Positions 1 to 9,302 of a stretch of 64,000 bases of DNA are shown here, in pieces (positions within the stretch are counted from its first letter, which is position 1; each line of letters starts with the position of its first letter). This stretch comes from a virus. The position numbers were made by a program, and so were the translations under genes. The notes beneath the pieces were generated by a model. It had not been told where the DNA came from, made no database searches, and worked only from the letters and a program-made list of their open reading frames with translations. The stretch spans positions 32,001 through 96,000 of IMG/VR virus record IMGVR_UViG_3300028569_002801. The stretch is one strand, 5' to 3'.

Positions 1-183
1 TTCTTTATAAATCTTTTCACGTTCATTTTCACTACAATTATCAGACATAATTCTTTGTGATAACACCCTTTCTCTTTCAGGTGTCATAACTTTAAATTTT
101 CTAATGTCTTTTAAGTAGATTTGAATCTCGTCTTGATTTAACGGGTTTGTTGATTTAGTGTCATCCATTTTTTCTCTTGCCAT
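1..183 (-). CDS. RNA polymerase sigma-70 family factor, N-terminal part (runs off window; not in ORF track)
   Basis: Manual translation from ATG at 183 (or 168) gives MAREKMDDTKSTNPLNQDEIQIYLKDIRKFKVMTPERERVLSQRI, matching the sigma-70 region 1.2 pattern DxxxxYLxxIxxxxxLTxExExxL. Confidence 0.8.
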   Translation of the reverse strand, partial: MAREKMDDTKSTNPLNQDEIQIYLKDIRKFKVMTPERERVLSQRIMSDNCSENEREKIYKE

Positions 184-802
184 AATTTTCTAAAATTTCT
201 TTTTCTTTCTCTGTTAGTGTATCTATTCCTTCCTCTGATATTTTGTCTAATATGTCGTCCACTGATGGTTCAACAATTTCGACAGGTGTTTCTGTATTAA
301 ACTGTGATTCGGGATCAAAGATAGGTAAAAATATGTCAAATCTCATATTTTTAAAATCTTTTTTTCTTTCTTCTTTTAAATCATCCACTTTAAAACCACC
401 TAATTTTGGTTCTTCTCTTTTTAAATCTCCGTCTATGTTTAAAAAATCCTTTTTAAGTTTTTTTGGCATTTTTATATCAAAATTCTTACCAACTTCCAAT
501 AAAAAATATTGATCAGTAATTTGATTAAATGCCATGTCCATATATTCTTTTAAATCTAAAAACGTTTCATTACTTCTAAAATGAAACACTATACCGTACT
601 CACCATATGTGAATTTTAAAAATGGTGAACTAACAACCGTTAATAACTGACCTGACAATTCCTGTGTTATCGCTTCAGACTCTTCAAAATCACCAAATAT
701 GAATAACATATATGACGGATCTTTCTTTATTGTTTTTTTTCTTATCATTTTACTTTTTATATACAAAACAAAGTTATAAATTTTTTCTCCGATTCCAAAC
801 AT
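161..802 (-). CDS. hypothetical protein with C-terminal DUF6576-like helical motif
   Basis: C-terminus SVDDILDKISEEGIDTLTEKEKEIL resembles the DxILDKIxxxGxxSLTxxEK motif; start may be Met at 748. Confidence 0.55.
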   Translation of the reverse strand: MFGIGEKIYNFVLYIKSKMIRKKTIKKDPSYMLFIFGDFEESEAITQELSGQLLTVVSSPFLKFTYGEYGIVFHFRSNETFLDLKEYMDMAFNQITDQYFLLEVGKNFDIKMPKKLKKDFLNIDGDLKREEPKLGGFKVDDLKEERKKDFKNMRFDIFLPIFDPESQFNTETPVEIVEPSVDDILDKISEEGIDTLTEKEKEILENYGKRKNG

Positions 803-819
803 CTTTATTAATAAATATT

Positions 820-1719
820 TTATTTAGATGTTTTATTATTCTTTCTCTTTAATAATGCGTCTTTTTTAGATAATAAAAATTTACTTTTTGGGTTTGGGGT
901 TTCAAAACTGTAAGGTGTTAAATTTTCTACTCTTCTATTAGATAAATTAACGTATTCTTCATTTAAGTCAATTCCAACGTAATTTCTATTATTTAGTTTT
1001 GCCATCTTCAATGTCGTTCCACTACCACACATTGGATCTAAAACTAAATCTCCTTCTTCAGACCAAGATAGTATGTGATCTTCAGCCAAAGACTCAGGAA
1101 ATATTGCTGGATGTTGGAATGCGATATCATCTTTCGATGAAAAACCTTTACCGTTATTAATGTACCAAACATTATATCTAGTTCCAAACTCCGATACCAC
1201 AAACTTATCCACTTTTTTAAGATTTCCATCTTTTTCTCTTTTAGATGGTTCCCCAAAGTTACTGTGTCCTGCCCATCTATTTGGCTTATCTTTAAGTAGA
1301 TTTACTGTTTTAGGAGTACCTTTTGAGAATATAAACATATATTCAAATACTTGTGAGTATCTACCTGTTTCGGGGAATGGTGCTCCGTTTTTATGATAAA
1401 TCATAGTATCATACAAAGTAAAACCAATCTCCATAAATTTAAGTGCTTGTTTGAATGAGCTACCTGTTTCTCCTCCATTCTTTACCTGATCATTAACAAC
1501 CCAAACAACCACACTACCCTTCTTAGTGACACGGTATAGTTCTTTAGCCATTTCAACGAACGGAAAACTAAACCCATCCTCATATACTACCTCATCTTTA
1601 ATCTTACCGTTATAGGTTCTAAGATTATCATATGGCGGTGATGTTACCGTCAAATCAAAGGTGTTATCTTCATAACTTTGTAACACCTCAATAGCATCAC
1701 CTAATATTACTTCATTCAT
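820..1719 (-). CDS. DNA N4-cytosine/N6-adenine methyltransferase (beta class)
   Basis: DLTVTSPPY catalytic motif near the N-terminus, HPAIFP, and VLDPMCGSGTT SAM-binding motif near the C-terminus. Confidence 0.93.
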   Translation of the reverse strand: MNEVILGDAIEVLQSYEDNTFDLTVTSPPYDNLRTYNGKIKDEVVYEDGFSFPFVEMAKELYRVTKKGSVVVWVVNDQVKNGGETGSSFKQALKFMEIGFTLYDTMIYHKNGAPFPETGRYSQVFEYMFIFSKGTPKTVNLLKDKPNRWAGHSNFGEPSKREKDGNLKKVDKFVVSEFGTRYNVWYINNGKGFSSKDDIAFQHPAIFPESLAEDHILSWSEEGDLVLDPMCGSGTTLKMAKLNNRNYVGIDLNEEYVNLSNRRVENLTPYSFETPNPKSKFLLSKKDALLKRKNNKTSK

Positions 1720-1724
1720 ATTTT

Positions 1725-2273
1725 TTATAAATATTGTTTATTTGATTCGTACCAATCTTCTCTAATTTTAGATACGGGTACTTTTTGTTTTGTTTTATCG
1801 CAAATTAATTCAGTAATACCAACAGACTCAAGTTTTTTATCCCAATTAATACACGATTCAATATCATCATAATTAAAACTCCATTCGTGTTTAAAAACTT
1901 TACTATTATTTAAACTTTTTTCTATAGGTAGTAGTACATTCAAAGCCTTCAATGTTTTTTTAAAATCTTCAACGTTATTCCATTTATTATGTAACCCTCT
2001 TTTGTACATATATAAAACAATATTACTAATACCAATTAAATGATCCTCGGTTTCTTTATTCATATTTTCAATAGAATAAGGTAGTATTGTTTTAACTACC
2101 TTAACATTGTTATCAAATATTATAGGATTTCTCAACATGGTTGCACATGTTTGTAATTTTTTAGTATCCCCTTCGAAATCAACTGAAAGTGTATCCATTA
2201 CAGACATAAGTCTTTTAACACACTGATATCTATTTTCCCACTCTTCTTTTGTTCTCATATTACAAATATACAA
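1725..2273 (-). CDS. hypothetical protein, possibly degenerate HNH-like nuclease
   Basis: 182-aa ORF (likely start Met at 2258); weak TEDHLIG...LNVLLPIEKSLN pattern. Confidence 0.45.
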   Translation of the reverse strand: MYICNMRTKEEWENRYQCVKRLMSVMDTLSVDFEGDTKKLQTCATMLRNPIIFDNNVKVVKTILPYSIENMNKETEDHLIGISNIVLYMYKRGLHNKWNNVEDFKKTLKALNVLLPIEKSLNNSKVFKHEWSFNYDDIESCINWDKKLESVGITELICDKTKQKVPVSKIREDWYESNKQYL

Positions 2274-2298
2274 ACAATATTTAATATCGTTTCACTTT

Positions 2299-4728
2299 TT
2301 ATTGAAAAACTTTTGAAATATTATCTTCTTTTTTAATTTTAACAAGATTGTCAGCCCAATTTGTAATTAATGGGTTATGTGATATAATTAATATTTTTTC
2401 AAAATAGTCTTTTATTTTTATAAAAAATTCACCTACTAAATCTAAATTATCGTTAGATATTTTACCAAAGACTTCATCCATTACCACAATATTTGGTTTT
2501 GGTAAAGAACATATCTTACTTAACACAGATCTTAAAGCTAACGATGCTATCGTTCTTTCATAACCCGAACCTGAAGACATTAGTTTTTCAATTCCCGTTC
2601 CATTATCTATCATTAAAAACTCAACTTCATTTTTATCGGAGATTCTAATTTCCAACTTGAAGTATGAACTATCCTCCATTAATCTTTGAAGTTCCGAGTT
2701 AATTAAAGGCATCATAGTTTTCATTATAATTTTGGATATTCCGTTTTTACCGTAAGCTTCCAAATATATTTTGTGAATTTTTTCTTTTTCCTGTTCTTCA
2801 GAAATTTTTATGATGTTAGTTAAATTTGTTTTAATTTTTTCTTCTAAAGACTTAATCAAATATTCATCAGAATTAATTTGATTTTGTTTTTGTGTTTTTT
2901 GTCTTTCTAAGTCTTCCAATCTCAACCCAGCCTTAATTAACATACTATCGATATGTTCGTTAGCTTTAATTTTATCTAACATTTTATCATATTCTGTTAA
3001 CTTGGTTTGAAGAGTCCCTATTTTTAACTGATAGTTCTCAATAGTTGCTTCGTGTTTTTCTTTGATTAGTTTGTTTTTCTCATACTCATCAAACTGTTTT
3101 TTAATATGAACAAATCCCTTTTCTTTGCTTGTTAAAACAGTCATTAACCCCTCTTTTTCCCCTTTTTGCCTAATATAACCATCAAGTTCGGATATCTTTT
3201 GTTGTGTAATCGATGCGTTCATCAAGTCAATACCACAGTGTTCACACTTAATACCTCCCTTAACAGAACTTTTCAATTTCTCAATCTCAGAGATTTTTGT
3301 ATCCAACTGAACCTTTTCTTTAAACACGTTATTATACTCTTCTTTTACTTTATCGTGCTCATCTTCTTTATAGAATTCTTTTGGTTCAACAACATTAAGT
3401 TCGTCAAGTTTTAATTTTGTTTGTTCTACCTGATACGTATGTCCTTCAATTTCTTGGTTTACTTGACTAGGATTCATTCTACTTAATTCTACATCTATGT
3501 CAGTATGTTTTTTCTTCAACATATCATCACGATATTCCTTACCTTTTACAATATTTTCATTAATTGTTTGAAGTTCCAATTTGTACGTATCAAGATTACC
3601 GTTTAATTCTGTAATTTTTAATTCGTTATTTTCGTTATCAGTCTTAAGTTGTTCAGTATTATAAATGTTTGATAACATTGATTTTGAAAAGTCTGAATAA
3701 ATTCCTTTTGCAGATTCTTCTTTTCTTTTCAAAAACTCAAGTCCCATAAAACGTGACAATACCTGACCTCTTGCTGTTGGTTTTGCATCAATCAGCTCCT
3801 CAAGGTTTGTTGCCGTTGTAAGTATTGTCATCAAGAAATCGTCTTTAGTTCCGATAGATTCTTTGATAAACTTTTCAGTTTCTCGTCTTTGTTCTCCAGT
3901 AAAGTTTTGAAGTGTTCCGTCAGATAATTTTTTAAAGAAGTCCAACTCAGTTTTAACATTCCATTCACCCTTTTTAGACATCTTTCTTTCGATATTTCTT
4001 ACAATGATGTATTCTTCACCATCAATTACAATATCTCCTTTTACGGACACTTTATCTATGTCTGTAAACCTATTAAAGATTTCTTCAGCCTTTGTTGTTT
4101 TTGTTGTCTCATTAAAGAATAAAAACAAAAGTAAGTCAACCGATAGTACAGTTTTACCCCCAAAGTTAGGTGGGTTTGATTCTATAACCGTTAACCCATT
4201 ACATTTTTCAAAATCAATCTTTTGGTTTTCTCCATAAGAAAGGAAATTAGAAAACTCAATGTTTTTAATATACCATTTTTTGAATACCGTTGTTTCGGTA
4301 TCATTTTCCTGCATCTTATTCTCAACCATTCTGTTGTGATTCAAAATACGATCTAAATAATTATCGTAACCCTTACTTGTTAAGTACTGTTTTAACAAAT
4401 CAACCTGATAGTTTGTATCCATAACATTCATAGATACATCAACAGTTTGTTCACTATCTTCCTGTGTAGTTTTAACTTTAGTTATAACATTAACATTGGT
4501 TGTGTTATACTTTTTTTGAAAATAGTGTTTTACCCCCTTAATTTTATCTTGGGTGAAGTTTTCATTAACGTCTTCCCAAACCACTTGTATATATGGGTTT
4601 TCAAACTTCGAAAAGTCTATTTCTTTTGTCATCAATTCGTAATTAAATAGTTTACTCTCCTTGAACAGGTTCAACTGATTCGGATCCTTCTTGTGTTGTT
4701 TCTTCTTGTACGTTCTCTTCATCTCCAA
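2299..4728 (-). CDS. SbcC/Rad50/T4 gp46-like recombination ATPase with N-terminal extension
   Basis: IKNIEFSNFLSYG, Walker A-like PPNFGGKT, long coiled coil with CEHC zinc hook, SGSGYE signature, VVMDEVFG Walker B, IISH loop; start may be 4632. Confidence 0.92.
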   Translation of the reverse strand: MEMKRTYKKKQHKKDPNQLNLFKESKLFNYELMTKEIDFSKFENPYIQVVWEDVNENFTQDKIKGVKHYFQKKYNTTNVNVITKVKTTQEDSEQTVDVSMNVMDTNYQVDLLKQYLTSKGYDNYLDRILNHNRMVENKMQENDTETTVFKKWYIKNIEFSNFLSYGENQKIDFEKCNGLTVIESNPPNFGGKTVLSVDLLLFLFFNETTKTTKAEEIFNRFTDIDKVSVKGDIVIDGEEYIIVRNIERKMSKKGEWNVKTELDFFKKLSDGTLQNFTGEQRRETEKFIKESIGTKDDFLMTILTTATNLEELIDAKPTARGQVLSRFMGLEFLKRKEESAKGIYSDFSKSMLSNIYNTEQLKTDNENNELKITELNGNLDTYKLELQTINENIVKGKEYRDDMLKKKHTDIDVELSRMNPSQVNQEIEGHTYQVEQTKLKLDELNVVEPKEFYKEDEHDKVKEEYNNVFKEKVQLDTKISEIEKLKSSVKGGIKCEHCGIDLMNASITQQKISELDGYIRQKGEKEGLMTVLTSKEKGFVHIKKQFDEYEKNKLIKEKHEATIENYQLKIGTLQTKLTEYDKMLDKIKANEHIDSMLIKAGLRLEDLERQKTQKQNQINSDEYLIKSLEEKIKTNLTNIIKISEEQEKEKIHKIYLEAYGKNGISKIIMKTMMPLINSELQRLMEDSSYFKLEIRISDKNEVEFLMIDNGTGIEKLMSSGSGYERTIASLALRSVLSKICSLPKPNIVVMDEVFGKISNDNLDLVGEFFIKIKDYFEKILIISHNPLITNWADNLVKIKKEDNISKVFQ

Positions 4729-4906
4729 ATAGTCCTGTTAATCCTGACATTGTATCACCTGACATAGCAGCAAATTGTTCTTTCATTTTTTCCATCTGTT
4801 CTTGGAAAGCGTCTTGCCAAACTTTTTTCATTTGTTTTTCTTGTACTTTCAAATTATCGTTTCTTTTCGCTACCTTCGCTCTATGAGCCTTTGCTGCTTT
4901 TCCCAT
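4652..4906 (-). CDS. hypothetical protein, basic N-terminus and acidic C-terminus
   Basis: 84-aa ORF in operon context. Confidence 0.65.
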   Translation of the reverse strand: MGKAAKAHRAKVAKRNDNLKVQEKQMKKVWQDAFQEQMEKMKEQFAAMSGDTMSGLTGLFGDEENVQEETTQEGSESVEPVQGE

Positions 4907-4918
4907 TCTATATTTGTT

Positions 4919-5281
4919 TTATTTATTATTACTTGGTCTATTCTCTTCAAACCATTCTATCACCGCATTTATTGCCCATACAAATCCAGCAGATAACATA
5001 CCATCAAAAAATACGGATAAATATTTATTAAGTCCAATAATCTCCACGTTTGGTGAAAAATAAGCTAAGGATAAAAAGAATCCAACCCACGTACTAGTAC
5101 ATAAAATACATTTTATTAAGTCAGACACAAAAGAAAACACAGAAGTTAATATTTTCAATCCATTACCTGGTTGTGCGTTTTTGTGTATCCAATTTCTCAA
5201 TCCGTTAAAGATTGAACCATAAACTAAAATTGTCGTCATTCCATAGGCTACGACCGCCCAAATTAATAAATTCATAATCAT
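4919..5281 (-). CDS. small membrane protein (DUF1360-like)
   Basis: Three hydrophobic segments and LIKCILCTSTWVG motif. Confidence 0.6.
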   Translation of the reverse strand: MIMNLLIWAVVAYGMTTILVYGSIFNGLRNWIHKNAQPGNGLKILTSVFSFVSDLIKCILCTSTWVGFFLSLAYFSPNVEIIGLNKYLSVFFDGMLSAGFVWAINAVIEWFEENRPSNNK

Positions 5282-5871
5282 TTGTATAAATCATTGTTTA
5301 GGTTAGATCCACCATGAAACTTGGCGGGAATATTGCCAAGTTGTTTTGGTATGTCTAACAATTGTTTTTCTAATTCTTCGTTTTTCTTTTTTAATTCTCT
5401 AACCTCCGAAGTAAGGTTTTGAATTGTTTGTTGTAACATCTTTAACTTATTATCGTCTACAGGAATGTCTAAATTACGTCTAAGTTCGTCTAAAGTTTGA
5501 CTAAGTTTAGATATTTCTTCATCTTTTTTAGTTATAGTTTCATTAAGGTCATTTTCAATGTTTTTGTCACTAATATATTCTATTTTTGTGACAATTTTCT
5601 CAACTTCTTTGATTACCTCAACTGGTACTTCTACCCGTTTTTCACGGATTACCTCAATTTCTACCCGTTTTTCACCAACAATACCCGTTTTTAAGTCTTT
5701 TTCATCTTCATTAAGTGTTTTTCCTAAAAGTCCGTATTTCTGAATATTAAATCCGGTGTCAAAACATTTTTTAATAAACCCATCAACATCTTCAATACTG
5801 TTTAGTTTACAGTATTCAGATACTGATTTCAATATGGTTTTATTAAATATTTCTGAGTACTTCAGTTCCAT
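5278..5871 (-). CDS. hypothetical coiled-coil protein
   Basis: EKRVEIEVIRE/EKRVEVPVEVIKE repeats and heptad C-terminal half. Confidence 0.7.
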   Translation of the reverse strand: MELKYSEIFNKTILKSVSEYCKLNSIEDVDGFIKKCFDTGFNIQKYGLLGKTLNEDEKDLKTGIVGEKRVEIEVIREKRVEVPVEVIKEVEKIVTKIEYISDKNIENDLNETITKKDEEISKLSQTLDELRRNLDIPVDDNKLKMLQQTIQNLTSEVRELKKKNEELEKQLLDIPKQLGNIPAKFHGGSNLNNDLYK

Positions 5872-6556
5872 TTATTTTATTACTTTTTTTCAAATTATCT
5901 TCAGCCCATAGTGGTTGGAGATTTGTGTAATGACAAAGTTTATAAACTTCATCTTTGGTTTTTGCTGAAGATAGTGGTATTATGTGATCTATATGTATCT
6001 TTTCACCCAATAATTCCCAACACATACTATCAGTAAATTTATTTTCAATATATTCTTTAAGAAATTCAGGCGTACACCCAACAATTTCAAATGTTTTGTT
6101 TTTTTTATATATATTTTTAGTTTTTATAAACTTATTAATCCTATTTCTAACATATGTTTTTAATTTAAAAAAACTATCATATTTTAACCTATTTTTGGTA
6201 TAATTTATACTTCTTTCAATAACTTTTTCCTTATTGTTTTCATAATATTTTTTTAATCTATTTTTTTCTTTTTCTTTATTTTTTTCCCGATATTCTTTAC
6301 TTAAAATTTTAAGTTTTTCTTTATTTATATTCCTATAATTGGATGCCACTTCTTTTCTTTTTTCAGTATTATTTTGTCTCCATAATTTAGATTTTAACTT
6401 TATCTCTTCAACATTCTCTAAATAATTTTCTGACGCCATTTTTTTACGACAAACTTTACAAGTTGTAAACCTACCATATAACCCACCTTTTCTTTTATGG
6501 AAATCATCCAATTTTTTATTACAATTACAAATTTTACATATTTTTGTATTTTTCAT
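5843..6556 (-). CDS. HNH homing endonuclease with N-terminal CxxC zinc finger
   Basis: CKIC...CKVC; HIDHIIPLSS...HYTNLQPLWAEDNLKKSN. Confidence 0.88.
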   Translation of the reverse strand: MKNTKICKICNCNKKLDDFHKRKGGLYGRFTTCKVCRKKMASENYLENVEEIKLKSKLWRQNNTEKRKEVASNYRNINKEKLKILSKEYREKNKEKEKNRLKKYYENNKEKVIERSINYTKNRLKYDSFFKLKTYVRNRINKFIKTKNIYKKNKTFEIVGCTPEFLKEYIENKFTDSMCWELLGEKIHIDHIIPLSSAKTKDEVYKLCHYTNLQPLWAEDNLKKSNKINGTEVLRNI

Positions 6557-6695
6557 CTTTATAATCTTTAAGTAGTTTATTTACTAAAGAAGATAAATTA
6601 ATATGTAATGATCGATAAAACTTTAGTAATTCAGGATCAAGTGATACAGATACTTTAGTTTTTTTATCATCATCTTTTATTTTAGATCTTCCCAT
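6534..6695 (-). CDS. small ribbon-helix-helix-like DNA-binding protein (53 aa, not in ORF track)
   Basis: Manual translation MGRSKIKDDDKKTKVSVSLDPELLKFYRSLHINLSSLVNKLLKDYKDEKYKNM; strand-helix-helix pattern; overlaps HNH start. Confidence 0.65.
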   Translation of the reverse strand: MGRSKIKDDDKKTKVSVSLDPELLKFYRSLHINLSSLVNKLLKDYKDEKYKNM

Positions 6696-6740
6696 ATAAT
6701 ATAAATATATCAATAAATTAAAAAGTGTGAATAATATTAA

Positions 6741-7520
6741 TTAAATATTTAATAATTTTTCAGTCCCGTTTTCAATATCCTCAAAAGATTTTATTGAAAA
6801 TTTCAAGAATGGTTTTGGGTTGAATAAATCAACATAATCATATTCCTTTGTTTCAACATCATAAATACCATACCCATGTTTTGTAATACTTTCACCGATA
6901 TTGTTTTGGATTGTGGATCCAATCATATACCCCTTACCTCCCTTAATTTGAAATTCAGCACGTTTATGAATATCCCCACATAAAACAATTTCTAACCCAT
7001 CAAATTTAGATAACGAATATGCCTCCTCACCGAACTCAAAACCTAAATCCGTTTTAAGTCCCTGTATTGGCCCATGAAATAAACCAATTTTAATGCCGGT
7101 TGCTTCATTAATATCTGGTGGAATGTTTCCTTGAAACTGTGAATACACACACCAACTGATATTTTCATCTTCATAGACACCTCTATCTCTATAGTAAACA
7201 ATATTTGGATTATTTAATGACTCAATTATTGGTGTTAAGGAATCTAATCTATCTAAATTATTTATAATTGCATCGTGATTTCCAGGTATAATGATTGTTT
7301 TAGTAATGTTAGAGCATTCCTTCAATAACCACGAAACAATACTTATTAATTCAGGAGTTAACTGATTTTTGGAATGTATTAAGTCTCCAGAAAAAATTAT
7401 ACGGTCAGGAGATAATTCTTTCCATTGGTCAATTGCGTTCTCCAATATTTTTCTGTATTGATCGTGATCCTTAAACAGTTTTATGTGAAGGTCTGAAAAA
7501 TGTACTAGTTTTTTTATCAT
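6741..7520 (-). CDS. SbcD/Mre11/T4 gp47-like metallophosphoesterase nuclease
   Basis: HFSDLH, GDLIH, PGNHD, FHG and GDIHK motifs. Confidence 0.92.
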   Translation of the reverse strand: MIKKLVHFSDLHIKLFKDHDQYRKILENAIDQWKELSPDRIIFSGDLIHSKNQLTPELISIVSWLLKECSNITKTIIIPGNHDAIINNLDRLDSLTPIIESLNNPNIVYYRDRGVYEDENISWCVYSQFQGNIPPDINEATGIKIGLFHGPIQGLKTDLGFEFGEEAYSLSKFDGLEIVLCGDIHKRAEFQIKGGKGYMIGSTIQNNIGESITKHGYGIYDVETKEYDYVDLFNPKPFLKFSIKSFEDIENGTEKLLNI

Positions 7521-7753
7521 TACATTACAATTTTTGGTGGTTTACCTAACTCATCTTCGTCAGCATTAAATAAAGGAACCTTTATCCTATTAAATGGTTT
7601 TGGTATTGTGGTTGATGGATTCGGAAAAAATGGATCAACATCTTTAACTTCCTGCATTTTTTCAACAATAGGTGATATGTCGATATTCTTATCTTCCAAT
7701 TTACCATGTAAATATCCTTCTAACCAAAAATAAAATTCTTTAAAACTTATCAT
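7520..7753 (-). CDS. hypothetical protein
   Basis: 77-aa ORF coupled to neighbours by stop/start overlaps. Confidence 0.65.
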   Translation of the reverse strand: MISFKEFYFWLEGYLHGKLEDKNIDISPIVEKMQEVKDVDPFFPNPSTTIPKPFNRIKVPLFNADEDELGKPPKIVM

Positions 7754-7956
7754 ACGTAATCCTCCTCTATACTAAAATCATATTCATCTTCGTCTTGGAT
7801 TTTATCACAATCAAATTCCTGATTTCCTCTAAAATCAACTTCTTCGTAAAACTTTTCTTCATCTTCTTCAAAAAGTTTTGCTTCTTCATGTGTTAACTCG
7901 GCAGAATACTTACAAATAGTTTTGTAAGACTCAAACCATACTAATTTTTTTCCCAT
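7750..7956 (-). CDS. hypothetical acidic protein
   Basis: 68-aa ORF with ATGA overlap. Confidence 0.6.
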   Translation of the reverse strand: MGKKLVWFESYKTICKYSAELTHEEAKLFEEDEEKFYEEVDFRGNQEFDCDKIQDEDEYDFSIEEDYV

Positions 7957-7962
7957 TTTTAT

Positions 7963-8109
7963 TTAATTTAATTCTCGATTATAAAGGTTTGCTAAAATAA
8001 TCCTTGCAAACTTAAATTCTTTTGCTATGTTTAATTTTAAACCATAAGTGTTTGCAATCACTTTAAGGTGTGGATACGCTTCACTTATGGTCATCTTACC
8101 TATTACCAT
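7963..8109 (-). CDS. hypothetical protein (48 aa, not in ORF track)
   Basis: MVIGKMTISEAYPHLKVIANTYGLKLNIAKEFKFARIILANLYNRELN fills the gap exactly, with TAATG coupling to the upstream gene. Confidence 0.55.
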   Translation of the reverse strand: MVIGKMTISEAYPHLKVIANTYGLKLNIAKEFKFARIILANLYNRELN

Positions 8110-8324
8110 TACTTATCAAATAATTTGAACTCGTCATTTATGTAACCACATTCATCACAACGATATGTGGGAAAGGGAATGATGGTGTCCTCCAAACTAC
8201 CTGTTAATAGTTTAGGTACTTTTTTTAAGATGGTGACTTCTTTAAAATAAATTGAGTCACATTTCTCACACACAACCGTAGGTTGGTCTTTTAAATTGAT
8301 TTTTGGTTTGATGATTTCGTCCAT
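8109..8324 (-). CDS. small zinc-ribbon protein
   Basis: CEKC...CDECG. Confidence 0.7.
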   Translation of the reverse strand: MDEIIKPKINLKDQPTVVCEKCDSIYFKEVTILKKVPKLLTGSLEDTIIPFPTYRCDECGYINDEFKLFDK

Positions 8325-8413
8325 TATTTTATAATATAATTTATGTTTATTTTAATTGTTGAATGGTCCCAACTTGTGTTGGTGTACCAAATAGGTGTTA
8401 TTGTACTTTCCAT
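8324..8413 (-). CDS. possible 29-aa micro-protein
   Basis: ORF beginning MESTITPIWYTNTSWDHSTIK ends in a TAATG overlap with the next gene. Confidence 0.35.
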   Translation of the reverse strand: MESTITPIWYTNTSWDHSTIKININYIIK

Positions 8414-8426
8414 AGTTTAATATAAT

Positions 8427-9302
8427 TTATTTTTTTAATGTTGTCAACTTTGGTTTTATGTCCATTTCCATAATCGTATCAATATCCTTTCTATCTACTC
8501 GATATTCTGTAAATTCCTGATCATCTGTTAAGTGGACAATAATACATCCTAAAAGTGGTAAATTTTCATATTCCGATCCTTTTAACATCTTTAACAATAA
8601 CTTACCATAAAGAGGTAATTGTGTATTATAGTGACCAAGAGCATTGTTAGGTAAATGTTTAAAAGGTTCTCTCATGGGTTTTGTATAGTTATTGGTTTCC
8701 ATATTTTTCTTTTTGTTTGATTTATAGTCGGTAATAATAAATCCATATCCGGTTTTACTTTTATTCATAATTAACCAACAAGTATCTCCCTGACCAACAT
8801 AACCCAGTTCCGGATCACCTAAAACAATTTCAGTATCAATTAATACCGCACCTCTTTCTTCCATAAGTTTTAAAAAATTATAACCAGCCTTAATCATACG
8901 ATCACCCTTCATAATCATTTCCATGTCACACTCATAAATTGGTTGTCTTACTTCTTTATTTAGTCCACACCTTTTTAATGTTTCAATTTCCAACTCATAA
9001 TGCACCCTACTACCCATATTTGTGGATATCTTACCCATCTCTTCCCATTCATCTAGTAATGTTTGCATCACATAAGGATCCCCCTTCGCCTTTGCCCTTG
9101 CCGCCTCCTCAGTAGGAAATTCATCATAAAATAATTTCATTACTTTTGAAACCGATGGGAAATCTTTTTTAAATTTTCCATCAACATCCATCATAGTATA
9201 TTCGTGACCATCTTCTTCAAAAGATAATTTTAACTCATTTCGTCTTATTGATAAGACATTTCTTATGTCTTCCGCAACTTTTTTTATTTCTTTTAAATTC
9301 AT
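8427..9302 (-). CDS. PD-(D/E)XK family exonuclease
   Basis: PSVSKV, GSRVH, E...GQGD...IITDYKS and QLPLY motifs. Confidence 0.85.
   Translation of the reverse strand: MNLKEIKKVAEDIRNVLSIRRNELKLSFEEDGHEYTMMDVDGKFKKDFPSVSKVMKLFYDEFPTEEAARAKAKGDPYVMQTLLDEWEEMGKISTNMGSRVHYELEIETLKRCGLNKEVRQPIYECDMEMIMKGDRMIKAGYNFLKLMEERGAVLIDTEIVLGDPELGYVGQGDTCWLIMNKSKTGYGFIITDYKSNKKKNMETNNYTKPMREPFKHLPNNALGHYNTQLPLYGKLLLKMLKGSEYENLPLLGCIIVHLTDDQEFTEYRVDRKDIDTIMEMDIKPKLTTLKK

Noticed and set aside
8427-9302. Cas4 / CRISPR adaptation gene
   Set aside because: PD-(D/E)XK fold, but lacks the four-Cys Fe-S pattern and sits beside primase, so an ordinary phage exonuclease is more likely
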